Assembly: GCA_964501985.1 (NCBI GenBank)
Contig: CAZCVY010000005.1
Location: 377 to 64,376, forward strand
DNA: 64,000 nucleotides
Direction of reading: 5' to 3'
From: an uncultured Acidobacteriota bacterium
GTDB taxonomy: Bacteria; Acidobacteriota; Terriglobia; UBA7540
The position numbers were made by a program, and so were the translations under genes. Position 1 is the stretch's first letter. Each line of letters begins with the position of its first letter. Under the pieces are notes generated by a model. The model was not told the DNA's origin, did no database searches, and saw only the letters and a program-made list of their open reading frames with translations. Positions 9,548 to 16,809 of the stretch are shown here, in pieces.

Positions 9548-10936
9548 ATGCCCAACCCTGGGAACGCCCAATCCTCCCTGCTCCTTCGCGATGTTCACAC
9601 GGTGATCACGATGGACGCGCACGACACCGTCCTGCGCGGCGGTTTCATCTACGCCGAGGGCGGCGAAATCAAGCAAATGGGGAAGCGCCCTCCGGCGGGG
9701 CTGCGGGCCGACCGCACGATCAGCGCTCGATACTCTGTTGCTCTGCCGGGACTGATCAACACCCACCACCACCTTTGCCAGACGCTCACTCGCGCATGTA
9801 CCGCCGCTGCTGACATGGAGCTCTTCGATTGGCTCCGCACCCTTTATCCCATGTGGGCGCGGCTGGATGAGGAGTCCGAGCATGTCGCCGCGTTGGTAGG
9901 GATGGCGGAACTGCTGCTTTCCGGCTGTACGACGACCACAGACCATCACTACCTGTTCCCCCGCGGCCAAATGAAACTCATCGACGCCGAGATTGCCGCT
10001 GCGCGCAAAATCGGCATGCGATTTCATCCCACGCGCGGCAGCATGAGTGTGGGCGAAAGCAAGGGAGGCCTGCCGCCGGATTCCGTGGTGCAGGGCGAAG
10101 ACGAAATCCTGGAGGATTGCGAACGGCTGATCCAGAAATACCACGATCCCACCCCCGGCTCCATGTTACGGATAGCGCTCGCGCCTTGCTCGCCGTTCTC
10201 TGTGTCGGAAGAACTAATGCGTCAAACCGCGGCGATGGCCGAGCGCCACCACGTGCGCATGCACACCCATCTTGCTGAGACTTGCGACGAGCAGGACTAT
10301 TGCCTGAAGCATTTCGGCAAGCGCCCCCTGGATTTCATGGCGGACGTGGGCTGGCTCGGTGATAGCACTTGGGTGGCGCACGGTATTCATTTCAATTCGC
10401 GGGAAGTCAAACGCCTCGGTCGCGCCCGCGTGGGAGTCGCGCACTGCCCCAGTTCCAATATGCGGTTGGGTTCAGGCATTGCCCCAGCCCTGGCGCTCGG
10501 CCGCGCCGGCTCGCCCGTGGGCTTGGGGGTTGACGGCAGCGCCTCCAATGACAGTTCCCACATGCTGGCGGAAGCGCGCCAGGCTTTGTTGCTCAATCGG
10601 CTGGCGCACGGCGCCGCGGCGCTGAAAGCCCGCGATGCCCTGCGCATGGCGACCGTGGGCGGCGCCGCCTGTCTCGGCCGCGATGACATCGGCAGTCTCG
10701 CCCCGGGTAAACGCGCGGACATCGCGTTGTTCGACCTGCGCGACGTCGGTTACAGCGGGGCTGAGGATGTGGAGGCTGCCATAGTGCTCTGCGCGCCCAC
10801 TCGCGTGGAAACTCTGATTGTGGATGGGCGCGTCGTCGTGGAAAACCACGAGATCAGGACCGTCGCGGTCGCCCCCATCCTCGCTCGCCATCGCCGCTTT
10901 GCCGCCAAAATGGTTGGAAGCTCACCGCTGCTTTGA
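9548..10936 (+). CDS. 8-oxoguanine deaminase-like amidohydrolase
   Basis: 462-aa ORF of the amidohydrolase superfamily. Metal motif LPGLINTHHHLCQTLTRA resembles the 8-oxoguanine/isoxanthopterin deaminase subgroup as I recall it. Confidence 0.7.
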   Translation: MPNPGNAQSSLLLRDVHTVITMDAHDTVLRGGFIYAEGGEIKQMGKRPPAGLRADRTISARYSVALPGLINTHHHLCQTLTRACTAAADMELFDWLRTLYPMWARLDEESEHVAALVGMAELLLSGCTTTTDHHYLFPRGQMKLIDAEIAAARKIGMRFHPTRGSMSVGESKGGLPPDSVVQGEDEILEDCERLIQKYHDPTPGSMLRIALAPCSPFSVSEELMRQTAAMAERHHVRMHTHLAETCDEQDYCLKHFGKRPLDFMADVGWLGDSTWVAHGIHFNSREVKRLGRARVGVAHCPSSNMRLGSGIAPALALGRAGSPVGLGVDGSASNDSSHMLAEARQALLLNRLAHGAAALKARDALRMATVGGAACLGRDDIGSLAPGKRADIALFDLRDVGYSGAEDVEAAIVLCAPTRVETLIVDGRVVVENHEIRTVAVAPILARHRRFAAKMVGSSPLL

Positions 10937-10951
10937 TATACACTTGAGCGC

Positions 10952-11039
10952 GAGTGGCAAGTGACGAGTGACAAGTGGCGAGCAGGAACAAAGGTAGAAA
11001 CTTTTTGCTCGTCACTTGTCACTCATCACTCTTCACTGC
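10952..11039. repeat. long hairpin built from GTGACNA heptamers between the deaminase and xdh genes
   Basis: 10961-10984 pairs with 11006-11029. This is 24 bp with one mismatch and one G-T pair, and a 21-nt loop. Confidence 0.85.
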
Positions 11040-11050
11040 TCTTGACCGCC

Positions 11051-11920
11051 ATGTTCGACCACATTGAGCGTTTCTATCGGCCCACCACCCTTCGCGAAGC
11101 GTTGTTGTTGCTCCGCAAGGTAGGGAAGCACGGACGGATTGTGGCGGGCGCGACGGACATCGTCACCCAGGCCGACCGATCGTCGCGCTTCCTCATCGAC
11201 ATCAACCACGTCGGCTTGAATTATGTCCGCGGAAACAAAAGGGGATGCCTGATTGGCGCCGCGACGACGATGGCGGAGATCGAACATTCGCCGGTAACCC
11301 TCGCTTTTGCTGGAGGCATCCTGGCCAAGGCCGCGTCCACTTGCGGCTCGATTCAAAACCGCAACATGGCGACCGTGGGGGGAAACATAGCGAATGCCTC
11401 TCCCGCTGCGGATACAGCGGTCGTGCTTCTGGTGCTCGACACGCAGGTTCGGGTGGCCAATTCGCGCCGCAGCCGGAATATTGCGCTCACCGAATTTTAC
11501 TCCGGCCCCCACCAGACGGTGTTGAATGGCGATTTGCTTGAGGAAATCGTCATCCCGGCTCTGCCCGGCGGTGGTCGGCTGGGATGGTCATTTCAAAAGC
11601 TCGGACGAACGGAAACGGACATCTCCCTGGTGAACGCAGCGGCGGGGTTACAGATTGACCCTCGCGGGCGCATTAAATGGGGGCGCATCGCTCTGGGGGC
11701 GGTGGGACCTACTCCGATGCGTGCACGAAATGCCGAAGGCCTGCTGTTGGGGAACAGGTTCAGCGAAGAGCTGCTGGCGCGTGCGGGTGAAGCAGTCATG
11801 CGCGAGGTCAACCCCATCGGCGACGGCCGGGCGTCTGCTGAGTACCGACGTGAGATGAGCGGCGTGCTGGCCCGACGAGCTCTGCATGAGTGCGCAAGTC
11901 AAGCTGGGTGCAAACAATGA
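11051..11920 (+). CDS. xanthine dehydrogenase family, FAD-binding subunit (CoxM/YgfM-like)
   Basis: ORF 10961..11920; start placed at ATG 11051 (MFDHIERFYRP). FAD-binding molybdopterin-dehydrogenase motifs (AGATD, ATVGGNIANASPAAD). ATGA overlap with the next gene. Confidence 0.85.
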   Translation: MFDHIERFYRPTTLREALLLLRKVGKHGRIVAGATDIVTQADRSSRFLIDINHVGLNYVRGNKRGCLIGAATTMAEIEHSPVTLAFAGGILAKAASTCGSIQNRNMATVGGNIANASPAADTAVVLLVLDTQVRVANSRRSRNIALTEFYSGPHQTVLNGDLLEEIVIPALPGGGRLGWSFQKLGRTETDISLVNAAAGLQIDPRGRIKWGRIALGAVGPTPMRARNAEGLLLGNRFSEELLARAGEAVMREVNPIGDGRASAEYRREMSGVLARRALHECASQAGCKQ

Positions 11921-12450
11921 GCGATTTCTATCTGGACTTCATCGTGAACGGTGAGACCAAACACTGGACCATCGCGCCGGGGGACCTTTTGCTGGATGTC
12001 TTACGCCGCGAAGGTTATTTCGGCGTCAAACGTGGCTGTGAAACCGGCGAGTGCGGCGCCTGCACGGTCCTGGTGAATGGCAAGCCGATAAATTCCTGCG
12101 TGATGTTTGCGGCGCAAGCGGAGGGGTGCGAGGTACTGACCATCGAGGGCGTGGCCGAGGGAGACAAGCTGGATCCCCTTCAGGAAGCTTTTTTGGAATA
12201 CGGCGCCGTGCAATGTGGTTATTGCACACCGGGAATGATCCTGAGCGCCAAAGCGCTGTTGGCGGAGCACCCCGATCCCACGGAAGCACAAGTGCGCGAA
12301 GCGCTGGCTGGAAATTTCTGCCGATGCACCGGATACCTGAAGCCGGCGGAAGCGATTATGGCCGCGGCCCGGGTTTACAGGAACGTACGGCCGAGCAGCG
12401 CTCGGGCCAAGGCCGAACGCCGTTCGGCCCTACACGGAAAAAAGCGATGA
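11917..12450 (+). CDS. xanthine dehydrogenase family, 2Fe-2S subunit (CoxS-like)
   Basis: Start at ATG 11917 (MSDFYLDF). Cys motifs CETGECGAC and QCGYCTPG...CRCTGY. The C-terminal tail contains the repeated palindrome (ERRSALH). Confidence 0.85.
   Translation: MSDFYLDFIVNGETKHWTIAPGDLLLDVLRREGYFGVKRGCETGECGACTVLVNGKPINSCVMFAAQAEGCEVLTIEGVAEGDKLDPLQEAFLEYGAVQCGYCTPGMILSAKALLAEHPDPTEAQVREALAGNFCRCTGYLKPAEAIMAAARVYRNVRPSSARAKAERRSALHGKKR
12411..12437. repeat. palindromic element inside the 2Fe-2S subunit CDS
   Basis: GGCCGAACGCCGTTCGGCCCTACACGG. A 23-nt core (12413-12435) is identical to 13831-13853. Confidence 0.85.
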
Positions 12451-14852
12451 GTTCCGAGCATTCCATCGTCGGGAAAAACCTTCAGAAGGTGGACGGGTTC
12501 AAGCTCGTCACCGGCCGTCCGGCGTTCACCGACGACATTTACTTACCCGGAATGCTTTATGGCAAGATTCTCCCCAGCCCGCACGCTCACGCACGCATCA
12601 AGCGCATAGACACGCGCAAGGCGAAGGAGCTCCGCGGCGTTCACGCGGTGCTGACCTACAAAGACGTGCCGCGCGTGCCCCACACCACCGCCGGTCAAAG
12701 CTGGCCCGAGCCTTCTCCGTATGACACTTATCTGCTGGACTCGAAGATGCGATTGGTGGGCGACCGCGTGGCCGCCGTTGCGGCGGAGAGCCGGGCCATC
12801 GCAGAGGAGGCCCTGCGACTCATTGAGGTCGAGTACGAAGTGCTTCCTGCCATTCTGGAAATTGAGCAGGCCATGGCCGACGGCGCGCCGGTAATTCATG
12901 ATGAGTCCGATGCCACGGGCCTCCACGACGCCCAGCACAATGTTGCCGGATACATTCTGAAAGAAATCGGCAACGTGGAAGACGGTTTCCGCGAGTCGGA
13001 CCTTGTGATCGAGCGCGAATTCCGCACCCAGCGCCAACAGCACTGTCCCATTGAACCGCACGTGACCATCAGTTGGCTCGACTCCGACAACCGCCTGGTG
13101 CTCCGGACCAGCACGCAGGTGCCCTATCACACTCGCCGCCAGGTGGCGATGATCCTTCAGCTCCCCGTCCAGCGGGTACACGTCGTCAAACCCCGCATTG
13201 GCGGCGGCTTTGGCGGCAAGCAGGAAATGCTGCTGGAAGATATCTGCGGAGCCCTGGCGCTCGCCACTCGCCGGCCGGTAAAGATTGAATATACACGCGA
13301 AGAAGAGTTCTACATGGCGCGCAGCCGGCATCCGCAAATTCTGAACATCAAGATGGGCGTGAAGCGCGACGGAACGCTGATGGCCAACAAGATGACCGTC
13401 CTCGCCACCACCGGCGCTTACGGCAGCCACGCGAACACTGTTCAGGGGAATACGGGGAGCAAGGTTCTTCCGATTTATCGCACTCCCAATATGCGGTTCG
13501 AGTGCCACGTCGTCTACACCAACACTCCCGTGGCGGGCGCGTTCCGTGGGTACGGGTGCCCGCAGGGTTACTTCGCCCAGGAATCGGTGATGGACGAACT
13601 CGCCTATACGCTGGGAATGGACCCGGTTGAACTCCGCAAGAAGAACATGATCCGGCTGGGTGACATTGACGAACTTTCCGCCCAACTCGGCGAAGGCAAA
13701 AAGGGGCTGCCCCGGCACATTCGAAGTTGCGGCCTACCGGAATGCCTCGATCGCGGCGCGGCAGCAATCGATTGGGTGCACAAACGGCAGGAATACTCGG
13801 TTGTGGGGCCGGGCGGCGATCGGTCCGCGCCCGAACGCCGTTCGGCCCTACACCCGGGAAGCGGTCACCTGCGGCGCGGCGTGGGAGTGGCCTGTTCGAT
13901 GCAGGGCAGCGGCATCGCCGGCGTCGATTGGGCTGCGGCGTTGCTGAAGCTCAACGAAGACGGCTCCTTCAATCTGCAAGTTGGCGCCGCAGACCTGGGA
14001 ACGGGAGCGGACACGGTCCTGGGGCAAATCGCGGCAGAAACCTTGGGCGTCACCCTTGACAAGATGCTTGTCTGCTCCGGCGACACTGACTTCACTCCCT
14101 TTGACGTCGGCGCCTACGCTTCCAGCACGACGATCATCTCCGGGGGCGCCGTGAAGAAGGCGTCGGAAAAGGTGCGCGACCACCTGCTGCGTCTCGCTTC
14201 CACGATGCTCGATATCCCCGCGGATAATTTAACCTGCCGCGACAATAGGGTGGTCACGAAGTGTGAGTGTAAGAAGTCCGTGAGCATGGAAGATTTGGCT
14301 CACTACGCGATGTACAAGGAAAAAGTGCAGGTAATGGAAAACGCCTCGCACTGGAATACCGACAGTCCCCCGCCCTTCTGCGCCCAGTTCGCCGAGGTGG
14401 AAGTGGATACGGAGACGGGCCAGATTCGCGTGGTGCACTTGGTGACTGCGGTGGACCTCGGCGTCGCCATCAATCCCATGCAGGCGGAGGGACAGAGCGA
14501 AGGCGCCGTCGCTCAAAGCCTCGGGTACGCGCTGACCGAAGAGATGGTGCTCGATACCTCCGGCCGCGTGATTAATCCCTCTTTTCTCGACTACAAGATG
14601 CTTACCGCGAAAGACATGCCCAAGCTCACAACGATTTTGGTGGAGACTCAGGAGCCCCTGGGGCCTTACGGAGCCAAGTCGATCTCAGAGATCCCGATCA
14701 ATGCGCCGGCGCCGGCTGTGGCGAACGCGGTATTCCATGCTATCGGAGTTCGATTCCAAAAACTCCCTATCCGGCCGGAAGACGTGTTGCGAGCTTTGCG
14801 GGAGAAGAAAGCGCCAGGCGACAGGTCCGAGGCGTCAGGAAAAGAAGCATAG
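12447..14852 (+). CDS. xanthine dehydrogenase family, molybdopterin-binding large subunit
   Basis: The ORF is open from 12051. The real start is most likely ATG 12447 (MSSEHSIVGKNLQKVDG), which overlaps the 2Fe-2S subunit stop as ATGA. Aldehyde oxidase/xanthine dehydrogenase a/b-hammerhead and Moco domains (GGGFGGK, AFRGYG). Confidence 0.85.
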   Translation: MSSEHSIVGKNLQKVDGFKLVTGRPAFTDDIYLPGMLYGKILPSPHAHARIKRIDTRKAKELRGVHAVLTYKDVPRVPHTTAGQSWPEPSPYDTYLLDSKMRLVGDRVAAVAAESRAIAEEALRLIEVEYEVLPAILEIEQAMADGAPVIHDESDATGLHDAQHNVAGYILKEIGNVEDGFRESDLVIEREFRTQRQQHCPIEPHVTISWLDSDNRLVLRTSTQVPYHTRRQVAMILQLPVQRVHVVKPRIGGGFGGKQEMLLEDICGALALATRRPVKIEYTREEEFYMARSRHPQILNIKMGVKRDGTLMANKMTVLATTGAYGSHANTVQGNTGSKVLPIYRTPNMRFECHVVYTNTPVAGAFRGYGCPQGYFAQESVMDELAYTLGMDPVELRKKNMIRLGDIDELSAQLGEGKKGLPRHIRSCGLPECLDRGAAAIDWVHKRQEYSVVGPGGDRSAPERRSALHPGSGHLRRGVGVACSMQGSGIAGVDWAAALLKLNEDGSFNLQVGAADLGTGADTVLGQIAAETLGVTLDKMLVCSGDTDFTPFDVGAYASSTTIISGGAVKKASEKVRDHLLRLASTMLDIPADNLTCRDNRVVTKCECKKSVSMEDLAHYAMYKEKVQVMENASHWNTDSPPPFCAQFAEVEVDTETGQIRVVHLVTAVDLGVAINPMQAEGQSEGAVAQSLGYALTEEMVLDTSGRVINPSFLDYKMLTAKDMPKLTTILVETQEPLGPYGAKSISEIPINAPAPAVANAVFHAIGVRFQKLPIRPEDVLRALREKKAPGDRSEASGKEA
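13829..13857. repeat. second copy of the palindromic element inside the Moco subunit CDS
   Basis: GCCCGAACGCCGTTCGGCCCTACACCCGG. Translated in frame as ERRSALH, as in copy 1. Confidence 0.85.
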
Positions 14853-14980
14853 CGCGGCCCGGTTAACCAGGTCCGCGGTCTGGACTTTATCGGCAGCCTG
14901 CAAATTACCTGCCGGCAGGACAAAATGCTCTCTGTTTTGTAAAATTTCGACCTGCCGATATGAAATTTGTAAGAATTCTC

Positions 14981-15010
14981 TTGACATGTTACCCTGGGCT
15001 CTGATATAGT
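14981..15010 (+). promoter_or_regulatory. near-consensus sigma70 promoter with extended -10
   Basis: TTGACA (14981-14986), 18-nt spacer, TGaTATAGT (15002-15010). An AT-rich UP-like tract lies upstream. No annotated gene follows for about 500 nt. Confidence 0.55.
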
Positions 15011-15181
15011 CTACGGAAGGGCGAGGTGTGGAACCCGCCTAGCCGCACCCGCAGGATAAGGAGGAATGCCCAAACCGACAGCGAGAACGCAAGACAAATT
15101 ATCCGACGGGGCGCGGCCTCGTTGGTGGCGGCGAAGAGGAAAAGCCTGGCCGGAGGCGGAAACCCGAAAAAAAATTAATTC

Positions 15182-15221
15182 ATGACGAACGAAGCCTGAA
15201 TGTGTATGAAAACAAAGGAAC
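15182..15221 (+). repeat. single copy of the same motif family
   Basis: ATGACGAACGAAGCCTGAATGTGTATGAAAACAAAGGAAC, about 300 nt upstream of the ygeY homologue in the same orientation. Confidence 0.6.
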
Positions 15222-15285
15222 ACAAGACACAATGCCCGAAAAGTATCGGACATTTATGTCTAAGTGTACTGCATTTACGTCGAAC

Positions 15286-15301
15286 CGGCGCTGATTTTGC
15301 A
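15286..15301 (+). promoter_or_regulatory. candidate sigma54 (-24/-12) promoter upstream of ygeY homologue
   Basis: CGGCGC-tgatt-TTGCA fits TGGCAC-N5-TTGCW. GG at 15287-15288 and GC at 15299-15300 are 12 nt apart. A second ATTTTGCAG copy follows. Confidence 0.4.
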
Positions 15302-15521
15302 GTATTTTGCAGAGGTCGACAGCTTTTTTGTCACTATTTGAGCGCTGGGAATTGAATTCTTTGGTTCAAATTGTGCGAAATTCGACCGACCGGACTAGTT
15401 ATTCAGGTCCGGGGCCTCTTCACGCCCCGAGGGAGAAGCTGGCGGGCGTGGTCTCCACCGTTCCTGACACGGGGCACCTTTCACCTTTATCTTGCGAGGA
15501 AGGAGACGCTTCGGAACAGCT

Positions 15522-16751
15522 ATGATGAACGCACCCGAAACAATCGTCCGCAATCGCGAGCGCATTGCTACACTCGCTCAGTCGTCTGAAGGCCAGATGG
15601 TAGCGTTCCTGCGCGACTTGGTTGCCATTCCCGCGGAGAGCAGCCATGAAAAGCCTGTCATCCAGCGCATCCATCAGGAAATGGAGAAGGTGGGCTTCGA
15701 TGAGATTCGCACCGACCCCATGGGCAACCTCTTAGGGCGCATCGGTTCCGGCAAGAAGATCATTATGATGGACTCGCACACCGACGCGGTGGGCGTTGGC
15801 GACCCGAAGGAATGGGCGTGGGATCCCTACCAAGGTAAAGTTGAGGACGGCTTCATCTACGGCCGAGCCTCAAGCGACCAACGCGGCGGAATGGCCAGCC
15901 TGGTCTACGCGGGGAAGATCATCAAGGAACTCGGACTCTTGGGCGATTACACGCTGTACGTGGTGGGTTCCGTGCATGAGGAGGACAGCGAGGGCCTCGC
16001 GTGGCTTTATATCCTGAAGGAGGATGGCATCGCCGCGGATTGCGTGGTGCTGACCGAGCCGACCAACCTGCGGGTTTATCGCGGCCACCGCGGACGCATG
16101 GAGATGGAAGTGCATTTCCGCGGCCGGTCGTGCCATGCCAGCGCTCCGGAACGCGGCGACAACCCGATTTACAAAATGGCTCCCCTGCTGCGCGAGATTG
16201 AATCTCTGAACACCCGCTTGCGCGACGATGCGTTCCTGGGCAAAGGAACGATTACGGTGACGGACATCCGCTCGATGTCACCCTCGATGTGCGCGGTGCC
16301 CGGAGCCTGCACCATCCATCTCGACCGGCGCTTGACGACTGGCGACACGAAGGAAAGTGCGGTTGCGGAAGTGAAGGCTTTGGCGGCTGCACGAGGCGCC
16401 GAGGTGGAAATCCTGAATTACGAAGTGCCCAGCTACACGGGTCTCCTCTATCCGATGGAAAAGTATTATCCCACGTGGGCGCTCGAGGAGAATCACCCGC
16501 TGGTGCAGGCAGGGGTGAGTGCCTACGCGGCGTTGCACGGCAAGCCTCCTGTGGTCGATAAATGGACGTTCAGCACCAACGGGGTCGGTTCCATGGGATT
16601 GATGGGTGTGCCCACCATCGGCTTCGGGCCGGGCGAAGAGGAAGTCGCGCATAGCGTCTTGGAGCGCGTGCCCATTCGTCATTTGGTGGAAGCAGCCAAG
16701 TTTTACGCGGCGTTTCCGCTGACGTATGTGGCCACAACTACCAATGGCTAG
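15522..16751 (+). CDS. ygeY: YgeY-family M20 peptidase/hydrolase (selenium-metabolism-linked hydrolase family)
   Basis: ORF 15492..16751; start placed at ATG 15522. Long stretches match E. coli YgeY as I remember it (FLRDLVAIP, GGMASLVYAGKIIKELGL, VYRGHRGRMEM, VVDKWTFSTNGV). Confidence 0.8.
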   Translation: MMNAPETIVRNRERIATLAQSSEGQMVAFLRDLVAIPAESSHEKPVIQRIHQEMEKVGFDEIRTDPMGNLLGRIGSGKKIIMMDSHTDAVGVGDPKEWAWDPYQGKVEDGFIYGRASSDQRGGMASLVYAGKIIKELGLLGDYTLYVVGSVHEEDSEGLAWLYILKEDGIAADCVVLTEPTNLRVYRGHRGRMEMEVHFRGRSCHASAPERGDNPIYKMAPLLREIESLNTRLRDDAFLGKGTITVTDIRSMSPSMCAVPGACTIHLDRRLTTGDTKESAVAEVKALAAARGAEVEILNYEVPSYTGLLYPMEKYYPTWALEENHPLVQAGVSAYAALHGKPPVVDKWTFSTNGVGSMGLMGVPTIGFGPGEEEVAHSVLERVPIRHLVEAAKFYAAFPLTYVATTTNG

Positions 16752-16809
16752 ATGCGGGTGGCCAGTGTAGCGCGAACCTGTTTTGTAGGTCCGCGCTACA
16801 CTTGATACT

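Noticed and set aside
12051-12446. Upstream 132-codon extension of the Moco-subunit ORF (the track gives 933 aa from 12051).
   Set aside because: The extension overlaps the 2Fe-2S subunit in another frame and translates to Arg/Gly-rich nonsense. The conserved N-terminus (MSSEHSIVGKNLQKVDG) starts at ATG 12447, with an ATGA stop/start overlap.
15017-15180. Partial resemblance of GGCGGCGAAGAGGAAAAGCCTGGCCGGAGGC to the glycine-riboswitch (GCCGAAGGAGCAA) or ykkC-type (AAAAGCCCGGGAGA) cores.
   Set aside because: Only one short segment resembles each consensus. The complementary conserved halves are absent or in the wrong orientation. Without a covariance-model scan I cannot support any riboswitch class, so the region is reported only as an unexplained leader.
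15011-15253. 80-aa minus-strand ORF and other 60-120-aa ORFs in intergenic regions (for example 982..1224, 15307..15525, 56578..57189, 35612..35869, 26346..26990).
   Set aside because: They have no RBS and atypical composition. They overlap promoters, REP elements or word arrays, and their translations are dominated by repeat-derived low complexity.
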